Both the position numbers and the translations under genes were made by a program. Under the pieces are notes generated by a model. That model ran no database searches. It worked only from the letters and a program-made list of their open reading frames with translations, and was not told the origin of the DNA. DNA of 59,894 nt from IMG/VR virus record IMGVR_UViG_2974697560_000001; one strand, given 5' to 3'. Below, piece by piece: positions 42,360 through 53,446 of the stretch. The DNA is from a virus (Duplodnaviria; Heunggongvirae; Uroviricota; Caudoviricetes). Positions within the stretch are counted from its first letter, which is position 1, and each line of letters begins with the position of its first letter.

Positions 42360-45300
42360 ATGCAGACGACTACATTTGAGGTAAATAAGCTATTGAAGGA
42401 GGGGCTTGCCGTAAAGGCAGTGCCCCAGCTTATTGCTGAGTGGAATATGAATCGCTATGCTGGTATTCAGACAGTAGACAACACCCCAGCCGAATACGAT
42501 GAGGGTGACCCAGAATACTACCCAATTGAGTCAATCGCATTTCCTCTGCGACCATCCAAGAGTGGTATTGTCAAGGCACGCGCGAGCGTGGAGGGAATTG
42601 TTTCAGAATACACAGACAGGCCCGGCAATAAGAGGTACTACCTTGCAGGACTAGATGACCCATATAAGTATTGGAGCAGCCCAAAGGCTAGCTCTCTTGT
42701 CAGTGGACAGAATGGATTTACTACAACGGTACGTCCATACATTGTCTACAAGACTTCTTCATGGGTCAACAAGATTTATCTGCTATTCGAAAACACGGCA
42801 GCATTCCCTGTTGATTACGACATTGACGTAACGACTGATGGAACGACCTGGACCACGGTTGGTGGAGACATTCAGCCACCAGCAGATGGAAAGGTCACTC
42901 TATATCGACAGGCAAATGGAACTTGGGGAACGACTGTTTACCGAGACAATCCAGTAAAGCTCAAGGGAATTCGAATCAAGGTCAATACAATCAGTGCTCT
43001 TGGTAAGTACCTTGAACTGATTGAAATGTCCCTCCGCCTTGAGCAGGACTTGACCTCTACACTCATTTCCAGTGACTCTTCATTCAGCATGGGAACAACA
43101 TCATTTGTAACTCCTCTGGGAAGTGCGTCTTCAAATACCGCTAGCATTCAGCTATCAAATATTGATGGACGCTACAACAATACAAATGACGAATCTCTCT
43201 TCTATGGACTAATCGACAAGAATGTCAAGTTCACCTACAACATCGGATATGACACAACGCCGGTAGGTGGAAGTGGCATGGTCTATATCAGAGAATACAC
43301 CATGTTTGCTGACTCATGGTCTGGACAGGGTGAAGAAACTGCAACTGTTTCAATGAAGGATGCTTCCAAGTTCTTGCAGGAAATGAAGCCTCCGAAGATG
43401 TTCTTCGAGAACATGACGCTTGCTCGAATTGTCTGGCAGCTATGCGACATCATGGGATTCAGCGACTATGCGTACGATAAGATTGATGACGATAAGGCAA
43501 CAATTGTTCCTTATTTCTGGACTGATGGAGAGAAGACCATTTGGGAAATTTTCTCCAGTCTGGCAATCACTACGCAGAGCGCTATCTACTTTGATGAGTT
43601 CGGCATTCTGCAAATCCTCACCAGAGACAAGGCATACAACCTTGGTAACCCAATTGCCTGGCAGCTAGATGGCTTGAAGAATGGTACAAAGCAGCCTGAC
43701 ATTGTTGACCTTTCTCAGAAGTACGATTATGAAGCAAACAACGTAACGGTTCGTTACTCAAAGGCTACAATGTCAGAAACTCAGCAAGGCCGTACTCCAG
43801 TAATGGATATCGTTTGGCAGCCAGAAGGAGATGTCGTTCTTCGAAGCAGTCAGCTCAGAGAAGCCATGAACTCCTCTCAGACCTTCATCAGAATGACCGG
43901 TAGTGAAGCAGCTACCTGGCCTTATTCTGGAATCATTGAGTGTGAGGGCGAGCTAATGCGCTATAACTCAAAGGGCTACTGGTACTACAACAAGTCTGGA
44001 GTCAGCACATTCCGCGCCTTGAAGTCTGCCGATGAAAAGAAGCAGGTGGATGAGGAACTAAGCCATCCAGACCTGAGATTCAAGAATGCATTCTCTGGTT
44101 GGTTTGGAGTCTCTGAAAGAGGGCTTTGGAACACATATCCAGCGGCTCACACTGACGACGCAAATGGATATGGCGTAAGGGTAGCAAACTACAAGGGTGA
44201 CTACAAGACCTGGAGAGGTGGATTTGTCCACAACAAGGACCAGTCAACCATCAGCTTGAAGGCCACCACGACGACCAACGTAAATACCTGTTACGTCGCC
44301 TCACGAGGTAGCGAAACGGATAAGAGCATTTGGTACGTGGGCACTCGTGTACGTTTCAGGGACTCTGGATACAACCATGGTATGGCAGGAATTGCGTTCA
44401 ACCTCGGCACGAAGGATAAGGGTTACTTCCTTGAGCTTTGTCGAACAGACAGACTTCCTGGAGGTAGAAAGTATCAGAACGAAGTAAACTTCTACATTCG
44501 TAGAAGCAATGGAAAGTTGGAGCGATTCGGACCTGACAAGGGTAAGGGTGTCGCAATGGCTATTTCCAAGAACGTCTGGTACGACATCGACATTGCTATC
44601 CGAATGGAGAACGGCGTCTATGGAGACCCAGGTGCATTCGTTGGTCACGTTATTCAGGTAAGCATCAACGGACAGAACAAGATGACCTTCACTATTCCTG
44701 TTTCAAAGAAGGAGCCTCTGACGGGACGCTTTGGTTGCTTCACTCGTGGAAGCACTCATGCTGACTTTGAGTACCTTTACGGAAACGGAACGACAGAGGA
44801 TTTGCACATCGACACCACAGGATTCTTCGACAGAATTCGAGGCGGTATTGTAAGCAGCCAGGCATATACTGAATGGCTTTACAAGTGGCACTACACCAGC
44901 CATATCGTCAAGAGAAAGAAGAAGTATCTGTGGGCAAGATATGCAAACAGATTCTTTGACGACTTTGGAGCTATCTGTCATGAGGTCAGAGAATTCGATG
45001 TGAAGTTTGATAAGGCACCTGCCGTTCACTCCAACATCTATTTCTCAAATGACACTCAGATTGTCTGTCCTGAATACCAGTCCGACCCGTTCGGAGCTAA
45101 GTTCATTCTGGCAAATGCTTATCGAAGCAATGCCATTGTGAATGGTGAGGATACCCTAACCTATGGTCCAGACAATTCAATTGAACAGAAGCTCATGATT
45201 TATGGTCGAACTATCACGAAGGAAGACGAAAAGACAATCGTCTCTACTAATGAAGATGCAGTTCTTCGTCGTGGTCAGGTTGATACAGAAATCCAGCCGG

Positions 45301-45554
45301 AATGGATTCAAACCGAGAGTGGCGCACAAGCCCTTGCGGATTGGGTCACTCACCACTGGGCAGACGGTTGCGATGAGGTGGAAGCAGAAATCTTTGGTAA
45401 TCCATTGATTCAGCTTGGGGACATCGTTTCAGTCAATTACCCACAGAAGGATTTCGACCCGGTACATCACAGGTACTTTGTAGTTGAAATCGGTAGAGGC
45501 TATGACACTGGATATGACAATACGAAGCTCACGCTGCGCAGAGTCAAGGCTTAA
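42360..45554 (+). CDS. Minor tail / tail-tip hub protein
   Basis: 1064 aa; IYFDEFG, GNPLIQLGDIV motifs. Confidence 0.75.
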   Translation: MQTTTFEVNKLLKEGLAVKAVPQLIAEWNMNRYAGIQTVDNTPAEYDEGDPEYYPIESIAFPLRPSKSGIVKARASVEGIVSEYTDRPGNKRYYLAGLDDPYKYWSSPKASSLVSGQNGFTTTVRPYIVYKTSSWVNKIYLLFENTAAFPVDYDIDVTTDGTTWTTVGGDIQPPADGKVTLYRQANGTWGTTVYRDNPVKLKGIRIKVNTISALGKYLELIEMSLRLEQDLTSTLISSDSSFSMGTTSFVTPLGSASSNTASIQLSNIDGRYNNTNDESLFYGLIDKNVKFTYNIGYDTTPVGGSGMVYIREYTMFADSWSGQGEETATVSMKDASKFLQEMKPPKMFFENMTLARIVWQLCDIMGFSDYAYDKIDDDKATIVPYFWTDGEKTIWEIFSSLAITTQSAIYFDEFGILQILTRDKAYNLGNPIAWQLDGLKNGTKQPDIVDLSQKYDYEANNVTVRYSKATMSETQQGRTPVMDIVWQPEGDVVLRSSQLREAMNSSQTFIRMTGSEAATWPYSGIIECEGELMRYNSKGYWYYNKSGVSTFRALKSADEKKQVDEELSHPDLRFKNAFSGWFGVSERGLWNTYPAAHTDDANGYGVRVANYKGDYKTWRGGFVHNKDQSTISLKATTTTNVNTCYVASRGSETDKSIWYVGTRVRFRDSGYNHGMAGIAFNLGTKDKGYFLELCRTDRLPGGRKYQNEVNFYIRRSNGKLERFGPDKGKGVAMAISKNVWYDIDIAIRMENGVYGDPGAFVGHVIQVSINGQNKMTFTIPVSKKEPLTGRFGCFTRGSTHADFEYLYGNGTTEDLHIDTTGFFDRIRGGIVSSQAYTEWLYKWHYTSHIVKRKKKYLWARYANRFFDDFGAICHEVREFDVKFDKAPAVHSNIYFSNDTQIVCPEYQSDPFGAKFILANAYRSNAIVNGEDTLTYGPDNSIEQKLMIYGRTITKEDEKTIVSTNEDAVLRRGQVDTEIQPEWIQTESGAQALADWVTHHWADGCDEVEAEIFGNPLIQLGDIVSVNYPQKDFDPVHHRYFVVEIGRGYDTGYDNTKLTLRRVKA

Positions 45555-45590
45555 TTTTGCCTTTGCGCAACAGTGAGATATAATCAATCC

Positions 45591-45953
45591 ATGAGCATTA
45601 ACAGCAATCAAATCATCAAGAAGCCTGATGTCGTCATCGACCCCAATTTCTTCCTACCACCTGGGGTCGTTGATGCTCGTTACCCAAATGAGATTGAGGT
45701 CACTACTGACGAAATCACTGATGTTGTCGATACCGATGACATTCTTGACGCTGACAGTGACACGACTCTGGACGAGCCAGAGGAAACGGGGGAAGACAAT
45801 GACACCGTAATTCTCTATCCACCTGACACAGCCATCGTGGTCAGCCAGACTATTCGATTTGATGGCTCTGGAAAGCAGGTCGTAGATGTAATTCTGGAAA
45901 TTCCAGACGTACAGGACTCCATTCAGGTTGACGTAAGGATGACAAAGGCATGA
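45591..45953 (+). CDS. Minor tail protein
   Basis: ATG six nt after TATAAT; acidic. Confidence 0.65.
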   Translation: MSINSNQIIKKPDVVIDPNFFLPPGVVDARYPNEIEVTTDEITDVVDTDDILDADSDTTLDEPEETGEDNDTVILYPPDTAIVVSQTIRFDGSGKQVVDVILEIPDVQDSIQVDVRMTKA

Positions 45954-46747
45954 TAACTACCCAGGGAAAGTCAGTAATCTTTAGATACCTAGCAGGAAAC
46001 CTTCCTCGTATTGCGGAATCAATTGCAGTGGGAATTGGCAACTCGGCAGAGAATGTCAATGACACCGGCCTTGATTTTGAGACGGAAAGGATTCCTGTTA
46101 CTTTGGTGTCCGCAGATATTCTGAATGACAAGATTATCTTTAAGGGGACCATTCCGCAGGAGTATGTAGGAACAATCTATGAGGTTGGCCTATGGTACGG
46201 AACTCCTCCACAAACGTCTGGTGGAAGCACAGTCATTGTAACCTTTGATTCTGATACAGAAGGATGGCTTCCTGCTACATGGGACACCTCTGTTGCACGA
46301 ATTGGAGCAGACGGCTTGCAGGTAGCTGGTGGAACTAACTCAGTTCTTTCAGATATCGCGCTAGACATGTCTGTGTATTCTGATGCTGACTTCATGTCAT
46401 TGGCATACAATGCAGATGCGGCAATTGGAAACATCGCTATTCGATTCAGCACAGACGACACGAATTACTACGAATACACTTTTGCTGCTGCCACTGGATA
46501 TGAAATCAAGACAATGGGCAAGACAGCATTTACGGCAACTGGAACGCCTGATTGGGGTAACATCACTTCAATTACAGTTTCAGCGACCGGCACAGGAAAC
46601 GTAGTCTTTGATGGTATTAGAGCAGAAGATGCAGACACTATCAGCACAGACTACGCACTTGTTGCTAGGTCAGTCCTCGGTACTCCAAAGGTAAAGACCT
46701 CAGATACCGAAATGGACATTGAGTACGCATTGGAAATCACTATATGA
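45950..46747 (+). CDS. Minor tail protein
   Basis: MITTQGK..I.RYLAG, EVGLW, DIEYAL motifs. Confidence 0.7.
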   Translation: MITTQGKSVIFRYLAGNLPRIAESIAVGIGNSAENVNDTGLDFETERIPVTLVSADILNDKIIFKGTIPQEYVGTIYEVGLWYGTPPQTSGGSTVIVTFDSDTEGWLPATWDTSVARIGADGLQVAGGTNSVLSDIALDMSVYSDADFMSLAYNADAAIGNIAIRFSTDDTNYYEYTFAAATGYEIKTMGKTAFTATGTPDWGNITSITVSATGTGNVVFDGIRAEDADTISTDYALVARSVLGTPKVKTSDTEMDIEYALEITI

Positions 46748-49700
46748 GAATTCTACTAAGAGACCTTACACCAGGAACAGACTACAACATTCAGCTTCGG
46801 TCAAACGATGGAACAAACGTTTCAGACTGGAGCCGAATCTTTCCGCTTACTACGATTCAGGATACGCTGGCTCCAGCCCATCCTGTTAATCTGTCATGGG
46901 TAGTCAATCGAACCGCATTTTCCGCTAAATGGGATGCGGTTACTCAGAATGAGGATGCAAGCCCTCTTGAGGATTTCTCTCACTATGTAGTCAGACTGAC
47001 TGATGGCACGACTGTTGTCGAAGTAAAGACTGCAAATACATTCTACGACCTAGCCTTCGAAACCAATAAGGCTTTCTTTGGCACGCCAAAGCCTACGGTC
47101 AGCATTACCGTATTTGCTGTTGACCTTACAGGTAACCGCTCTGTAGCCTCTACGACTATATCAGCAACCAACCCACCACCACCTGACCCAACTGGAGTAG
47201 CAGCAGCCGGTATCGTAGGTGGCGTTAGCATGAAGTGGGACGTTCAGGTAATCGATGACCTTGCAGCTTATGATGTATACATGAGCACCACTGGCTCTGG
47301 ATTCACTCCAAGCAACTCTAACCGTATTTACAGCGGTACAGGAAATGCTGTCGTATTCGACTCAAGCTCTCTGGGAATTGTTCACTACTTCAAGATTCGC
47401 TCTCGTGACGTATTCGATAGCATTTCAAACTATGTCACTGTTTCTGCGACTCCTATTTCCCCAACTGATGTAGACACGACAGCGCCCGGTGTTCCAACAG
47501 GTCTAGCTGTAACCATGGCTGTAGATACTAATGACTCAGCCTTTGCGACAGCAGCTCTTTCATGGACCGCTCCATCTGATACCGACCTTGCTGGATATGT
47601 TGTCCGATACAAGCAGAATGCAAGTAGCACCTACGACTACGTAAATGTCCCTGTAGGCACGACCTCAATTACTATTGGAGGTCTAGTTGTTGGTGTCCAG
47701 TACAACTTCTCTGTACAGTCATTCGACCGAAGCACCAACAGAAGTGCATTCTCCACTGCGGTAAATGGAACAGCAGTTAACACTGCTCCGTCAACTCCAG
47801 CAGCTCCAACCGCTGTGGCTGACGTAATGAGCATTCAGGTAAGCCACGCATTGCAGAAGGCAACATCTGGTCGTCTTGAGTCTGACGTTAGCTACCTTGA
47901 GGTCCACCTAGGAACCACGTCTACGTTCACCGCAAGCGACTCTACGATGATTGGGCAATTGCAGGTAGAGCCTGGCAGCACCTTCGTTTCCGAAGTTTTC
48001 AATACGCCTGCCCAGGACACTTCTCTGGCACGTTGGGTACGAGTCATTGCCGTTGACCGAGGTGGATTGAAGTCTTCTGCTTCCGCAGTTGCTTCTGTCA
48101 CTGTCGGTCTAATCAGCAATGCCTACATTGCTAATGCGACCATTACCTCTGCTAAGATTAACAATCTGGATGCCAACAAGATTACGGCCGGTACGGGTAT
48201 TATCAATGCCCTTCTCATCAAGTCTTCTTTGACTGTAGACACAGGCGGTACTGTAAAGAGCACCAATTACGCAGCAGGCTCAACTGGATATCAGCTATCC
48301 AACAATACTCTGGAAATCAACCAGGGTACTATTCGAGCTGCCGCATTGCTTCTACAGGATGCTCCAAACATCGTTCTGCCTCAGTACGCTGACTTTGAAT
48401 TCCAGTCAAGCTGGTACACCGGAAAGCAGGTTACCTTCAATGATGGTGGAACGACGACTTGGGCAATTGCAACTGCTCCAGAAGTTACACCAAAGTATGG
48501 AACTCAGTGTCTCAAGCACACCTGGACTGGTGGAGGAACATTCTCACGAGTTTACCAGGGTCTAAGCTACACAGACTACAATGTCATTGTAGAACCAAAC
48601 ACTGACTACATTGCCTCTGTATGGGTTTACAATCCATCAGGCTCCGGTGATAAGGTAGTCGGTTTTGGTGTAAAGATGGGCGACGGTGCAACTTATCCAC
48701 AGCCTGGCGGAACGCCAACAGTTGTCGCAAATGGAACGTGGACTCGAATTCAGGGTACATTCAACACTGGTGCAAACAGCACTTTGATGACCTACATGAG
48801 CCTCTACAATGCTGGCTCTGTCTACTTCGATGGAATTCAGATTGAGCGAAAGCTCACCAGCGCAACGACAGCTTCACCATGGCGTGCACCAAGCACGACC
48901 TCAATTGATGGTGGAATCATTCGTACTGGTGAAATCCGTTCAACCGCTTTGGCAAATGGCCTCTCAGGACAGCCAGCCTGGTCAATTAACTTGACTGGTG
49001 GGGCTCAGTTTGGTGATGCCACAGTCCGAGGACGAATCGTAGTAGGTGACCCAGCGAACCCAACTGCTGACGGTACGAATTCACGTATCCACTCTTCAAA
49101 CTATTCAGCCGGTGTAAGTGGTTGGATTATCCGTAATGATGGATATGCAGAATTCCGTCAGCTAGCTGTTAACTCAATCAAGGTAACTGCACTGGACTCC
49201 CCAATGCAGAACAACACCTACGCAAAGCTCTTTGACTACATGCAGGACGGAACGCTATGGCTGACCTCTGGTGCTGTGACTCAGAAGACTGACCCTGGTG
49301 CATACTCCGCTGAATCTCTATTCGAATTCACCGGACCTGGCCTGGTACTCAGAAATGCTGTCGGTGTTACCAAGGTTGCTTATGACCCAACCATTCTATA
49401 CCGTATCTCAGCTCGTATCCGTGCATATGAGGTAGCGACGCTGAACGCCAACTCTGGCTTTGAGACAAACACGTCAGGGTGGTTTGCCTACGGCTCAAAC
49501 AGCATTACCAGAGACACCACCAAGTTCTTTGCAGGCACCGCTTCTGTACGTTGGGACCAGGTTGGTACGTCCAATGGAGTCTACGGAATGGGAACGGTTG
49601 TCAACGTCAAGGCTGGTAGAACATACAACTTTGCAGCTCGTGTGCTTCCAAATAGCACTGTCATCCGAGACAATCTCAAGATGAACATTGTTTGGAAGGA

Positions 49701-52700
49701 CGCAGCCAATGCAACGATTTCTACTACCTTCAATGACATGGCTCCACCTGTTGACGAGAATGGTGCAGCAATTCCTATTGATGGTGTGACCTGGATTCAG
49801 TTCACATCTCAGGGTGTTGCTCCAGTTGGTGCGACCACTGCCAGCTTTGAAATTCAGGCCGGTATTTCTGGTAGCCCTGTAGCTGGTATTCAGGGATGGT
49901 TTGATGACGTACTTATCACCACACCTCCACGAGTCAAGGTAGGTCTATTCGGTTTCGACAATGCCAACAATGTAATTGACTGGGATTTTGTTGACGCTGC
50001 AACGACTCCTACTAAGATGCACGCAATGCCTACCGACTACAGCCAGCTATCCGGACTTGCTGGTAATCAGTACATGATGGTTTCTAATGACCAGGAAGTA
50101 GCAATTGCTTCTGGTACAGGTAGCACTACTGCTGACTGGATTACCGTAACTGGTTATGTTCGCGGTCGTGGTGGTACTGGAACAGATGGTCTATTCGGTT
50201 CTCAGGGACAGGCAAATGACCCTTACGCCCCAGCAGCACTGAATCAGTCTGTTCGCTACCTTGTGCCTTATGTAGAATTCGATATTGCAACAGGTTCAAA
50301 GGCACAGCTTGACCAGTTCTCTATTGAAGCATATGAGAATGGTGCTCCAGGAAAGATTGATACAACTGATATCAACGGAACAAAGGGTATCTCAATTGAG
50401 AACATTGAGGATGACTCTGAGTTCGACCACGCTATCAGATTCTACACTGGTGCATCAGATGAAATGAAGCCTGGTATGATTGGTCACATTCTTGACGGTG
50501 ACCTTAACAGCGCTGCTCATCTTCGTATGTCTCCACCAATGCTCAACAACGAGAGCACCTATGGTCGAGTCTACATGGGAATCTACGACAGAAACCCTAA
50601 CTACATTTACGACTCTTCATTCCAGGCTGGAATTGTAAACTGGACTGCCAATACGGCAACTCCTGGTTCAGCAGTCTCTTGGGATGAAACTGTAGGCCAT
50701 ATTGAGCTAGGTTCCTTGAAGATTACTACAACTGGTACTCCAGTCGCAGCAACAGAAATCTATGGAAAGTATGACATCTACACAGAGCAGCATCCAGACC
50801 TTATTGGAAAGAAGATTTCCGTATCAGGTTGGTTCAAGCCTGGAATGATTAAGCCTATTCGTCTATATCTGAACTGTCATGACGAGACTGGCGCAATCAT
50901 TATCAGTTACTACTTCCAGAAGACTCCTGTCAATACAACTGACTGGATTAAGCAGGCATGGACCATGCCAGTGGTTGTTCCTGACAATACGTACTATCTT
51001 CGTTACTTCTGGTGGTGGAACAATGCTGCGGCCGGTGACACCATTTGGGTTGATGAATGTCAGCTCGAAACTGGTGGTATCTCTAACTACAGAGATGCAC
51101 AGTCATCACTTATCAGTCTTACTTCTGACACAGTTCGTTCAACTGGCTCAATCATTGTTTCAAGCTCTGACCTAGACCTTCCATTGAATATCTGGGGTGG
51201 AGGAAGCAGGCGTAGGGATGTTTCTACTTACCCATCATTCATTTCACAGACTGATGGTGGTAGTGGTGTATTCCGTGCGATTAACTATACTGACACCTAC
51301 GGAAACCGTGCATCTACTCAGATGTCAAACTATTCTGCGGATGGAATCGAAGAGGCAGCAGTAAGAATCTATGCTGGACAGGATGATAGATATCCTGGAC
51401 GAATTGCATTGACAAACCTTTCTGGAAGCTTTGCATTGTCAACATATGCTGACGATGGTTCCGACATGACTACAAGCACAAACGTTCGTGTCGGTGGTCA
51501 CCTAGATGTACAGGGTAACCCACCTTGGGTCGCTCCAACATTGTCTAATGGTGTCAACTATTCATCTGCATACAATGTAGCTTACTACAAGAGCAACGGA
51601 AATGTTTACCTGCGTGGTGTACTCCAGACTTATACAAAGGCGACGACTTTGTTCACCTTGCCTTCTGGATATCGCCCGGCACAGACTGTGTACCTCAATG
51701 CTATTCAGTGGAGCAGCACGACATCAATTGGTGCTGTATTGCTCCAGGTAAATACTACTGGAACTGTACAGGTTACGTCTTCTGCAAGCACGCTGTCTCA
51801 GCTATCACTCGATGGTCTATGGTTCAGCATCGCTCCAGAAGCGGTAGCGCCTCCTGTCACTGGTGACACTACGCCCCCTGCTGCGCCTTCTGGCTTTAGC
51901 ATCAATGCGTATAGCTCAGGTTCCTCAACTGGCGTTTACCAATTGAAGTGGACCAACCCAAGCACCTCTGACACGGCTGGTGTCAAGATTATCTGGAGAA
52001 CTGACCGCTATCCAACAGTCACGATTCCTGCATCTGGTACAAGGACGCTTACCACTGATGGAAGCATCATTACAGTTACAGGAACTCCTTCTCAGGCTAA
52101 GTCTTACAACCATTCTGGACTTCCGGTCAACAAGACCATCTACTACAGAATTGTTGCTTACGATAAGTCTGGAAACCACTCTGGATATCTATCAGCTTCA
52201 AGGTATCTTCTTGCAAGCCCATTCACGATTTATGCTACGGATTCTGACGCATATCGTCTTGGATACGGAGGAATGTGGCGTAACGACGGTGACGCTCCTT
52301 ATCAGGGTGACTGGACAGAGAATGACAACCACAGAGGACTATTCTTCTACGGAGATGGAATTTACAACAAGCTGGCAACTGGTGGTGTTGTAAGAACTCC
52401 TACCAAGATGACAGTTTATGTCCAAAGACAGAATACGTCTCATGGTAACAACTCTGGTGTTGGATTGAATCTACGTGGACACACATACGGTTCAAAGCCT
52501 TCTGGAGACCCGGTAGGTAAGATGACCAATGAAGGTTCTGATGGAGATAGCATTGTAGCTCTTTCAAGAGGAGAGGCTGCAACGGTTACAATTCCATCAA
52601 GCTGGTATAACAACTTTGTAGATTCAACATCTGCAAACCGACTAAGAGGTGTAGGTTGTTATGGTAGCACGACAAGCGAATATCTTGTCTTGTACGGAAA

Positions 52701-52749
52701 GAGTTCTGGTTCATCCCATGGAAAGATTACGGTCTATCACAAGGGATGA
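46744..52749 (+). CDS. Large tail fibre / receptor-binding protein with FN3 and carbohydrate-binding-like modules
   Basis: FN3-type units (APGVPTGL...LSWTAP...YVVRY), CBM4/9-like units (NSGFE...W), C-terminal FN3. Confidence 0.82.
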   Translation: MRILLRDLTPGTDYNIQLRSNDGTNVSDWSRIFPLTTIQDTLAPAHPVNLSWVVNRTAFSAKWDAVTQNEDASPLEDFSHYVVRLTDGTTVVEVKTANTFYDLAFETNKAFFGTPKPTVSITVFAVDLTGNRSVASTTISATNPPPPDPTGVAAAGIVGGVSMKWDVQVIDDLAAYDVYMSTTGSGFTPSNSNRIYSGTGNAVVFDSSSLGIVHYFKIRSRDVFDSISNYVTVSATPISPTDVDTTAPGVPTGLAVTMAVDTNDSAFATAALSWTAPSDTDLAGYVVRYKQNASSTYDYVNVPVGTTSITIGGLVVGVQYNFSVQSFDRSTNRSAFSTAVNGTAVNTAPSTPAAPTAVADVMSIQVSHALQKATSGRLESDVSYLEVHLGTTSTFTASDSTMIGQLQVEPGSTFVSEVFNTPAQDTSLARWVRVIAVDRGGLKSSASAVASVTVGLISNAYIANATITSAKINNLDANKITAGTGIINALLIKSSLTVDTGGTVKSTNYAAGSTGYQLSNNTLEINQGTIRAAALLLQDAPNIVLPQYADFEFQSSWYTGKQVTFNDGGTTTWAIATAPEVTPKYGTQCLKHTWTGGGTFSRVYQGLSYTDYNVIVEPNTDYIASVWVYNPSGSGDKVVGFGVKMGDGATYPQPGGTPTVVANGTWTRIQGTFNTGANSTLMTYMSLYNAGSVYFDGIQIERKLTSATTASPWRAPSTTSIDGGIIRTGEIRSTALANGLSGQPAWSINLTGGAQFGDATVRGRIVVGDPANPTADGTNSRIHSSNYSAGVSGWIIRNDGYAEFRQLAVNSIKVTALDSPMQNNTYAKLFDYMQDGTLWLTSGAVTQKTDPGAYSAESLFEFTGPGLVLRNAVGVTKVAYDPTILYRISARIRAYEVATLNANSGFETNTSGWFAYGSNSITRDTTKFFAGTASVRWDQVGTSNGVYGMGTVVNVKAGRTYNFAARVLPNSTVIRDNLKMNIVWKDAANATISTTFNDMAPPVDENGAAIPIDGVTWIQFTSQGVAPVGATTASFEIQAGISGSPVAGIQGWFDDVLITTPPRVKVGLFGFDNANNVIDWDFVDAATTPTKMHAMPTDYSQLSGLAGNQYMMVSNDQEVAIASGTGSTTADWITVTGYVRGRGGTGTDGLFGSQGQANDPYAPAALNQSVRYLVPYVEFDIATGSKAQLDQFSIEAYENGAPGKIDTTDINGTKGISIENIEDDSEFDHAIRFYTGASDEMKPGMIGHILDGDLNSAAHLRMSPPMLNNESTYGRVYMGIYDRNPNYIYDSSFQAGIVNWTANTATPGSAVSWDETVGHIELGSLKITTTGTPVAATEIYGKYDIYTEQHPDLIGKKISVSGWFKPGMIKPIRLYLNCHDETGAIIISYYFQKTPVNTTDWIKQAWTMPVVVPDNTYYLRYFWWWNNAAAGDTIWVDECQLETGGISNYRDAQSSLISLTSDTVRSTGSIIVSSSDLDLPLNIWGGGSRRRDVSTYPSFISQTDGGSGVFRAINYTDTYGNRASTQMSNYSADGIEEAAVRIYAGQDDRYPGRIALTNLSGSFALSTYADDGSDMTTSTNVRVGGHLDVQGNPPWVAPTLSNGVNYSSAYNVAYYKSNGNVYLRGVLQTYTKATTLFTLPSGYRPAQTVYLNAIQWSSTTSIGAVLLQVNTTGTVQVTSSASTLSQLSLDGLWFSIAPEAVAPPVTGDTTPPAAPSGFSINAYSSGSSTGVYQLKWTNPSTSDTAGVKIIWRTDRYPTVTIPASGTRTLTTDGSIITVTGTPSQAKSYNHSGLPVNKTIYYRIVAYDKSGNHSGYLSASRYLLASPFTIYATDSDAYRLGYGGMWRNDGDAPYQGDWTENDNHRGLFFYGDGIYNKLATGGVVRTPTKMTVYVQRQNTSHGNNSGVGLNLRGHTYGSKPSGDPVGKMTNEGSDGDSIVALSRGEAATVTIPSSWYNNFVDSTSANRLRGVGCYGSTTSEYLVLYGKSSGSSHGKITVYHKG

Positions 52750-52824
52750 GTCCCAACTTGACAGACCAACCTGGCATGAGCTAAGGTGTAGTTACACTAG
52801 AAAAGAAAGAGAGAAATAGAATAA

Positions 52825-53028
52825 ATGATGAGTAAAGATGGTCTTAAGTTCCTAGCAATTAAGGAAAGAATTGCACAGATTACTGCGGACTATGAAGAGA
52901 GAATCGCAGACCTTCGTGCGGACTACACCTTGACTGTCGAAGAACTCCAGGGTCAAATCTCAAAGCTCACCAACGAGATTAACGAACTCAAGGCGGACAA
53001 GAGTGCGGTGGCTGAGAAGAAGGACTAA
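52825..53028 (+). CDS. Small coiled-coil protein
   Basis: Promoter TTGACA-18-TAAGGT upstream; heptad pattern. Confidence 0.65.
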   Translation: MMSKDGLKFLAIKERIAQITADYEERIADLRADYTLTVEELQGQISKLTNEINELKADKSAVAEKKD

Positions 53029-53446
53029 GAAGCTCGTTGCGCCAACAGTCCCAGTGGATTATCCCACTGGGACTTGCGTGCAGACGGAGAACGGTGTATT
53101 TTTCATCAAGGGCAAGTTCAGGTTCAGAATCACATCAGACCGAATCTTGTCTAGCTGGCAGTACCCCTTTGTCATCCCCTCAACTGAGGCGGCTTGTGCA
53201 AAGTACAGGATAGGTGGTAAGCTCGGTTTCCGTCAAGGAACTTTGGTTGAGGATATGTCCAATGGTAAAATATATCTGATATCAGAGAACCTTAGACGAC
53301 AGATTGTTTCGCCAGACTTCTTTGGTGTCATGCTATTTCCCCGAGACAAAGTAATTGAGGTGTCTCCGGAGGAGATTGCCCTACACAAGGAAGGAGAGAA
53401 CATAACTTGGCAACTACCCCCTACAAGCCTACAAGCTGGTCAGTAG
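53003..53446 (+). CDS. Hypothetical protein
   Basis: GFRQGTLVED..GKIYLISE..RRQIVSPD motif. Confidence 0.65.
   Translation: MRWLRRRTKKLVAPTVPVDYPTGTCVQTENGVFFIKGKFRFRITSDRILSSWQYPFVIPSTEAACAKYRIGGKLGFRQGTLVEDMSNGKIYLISENLRRQIVSPDFFGVMLFPRDKVIEVSPEEIALHKEGENITWQLPPTSLQAGQ

Noticed and set aside
46744-52749. Diversity-generating retroelement or invertible tail-fibre cassette
   Set aside because: No template/variable repeat pair, reverse transcriptase or invertase visible in the window
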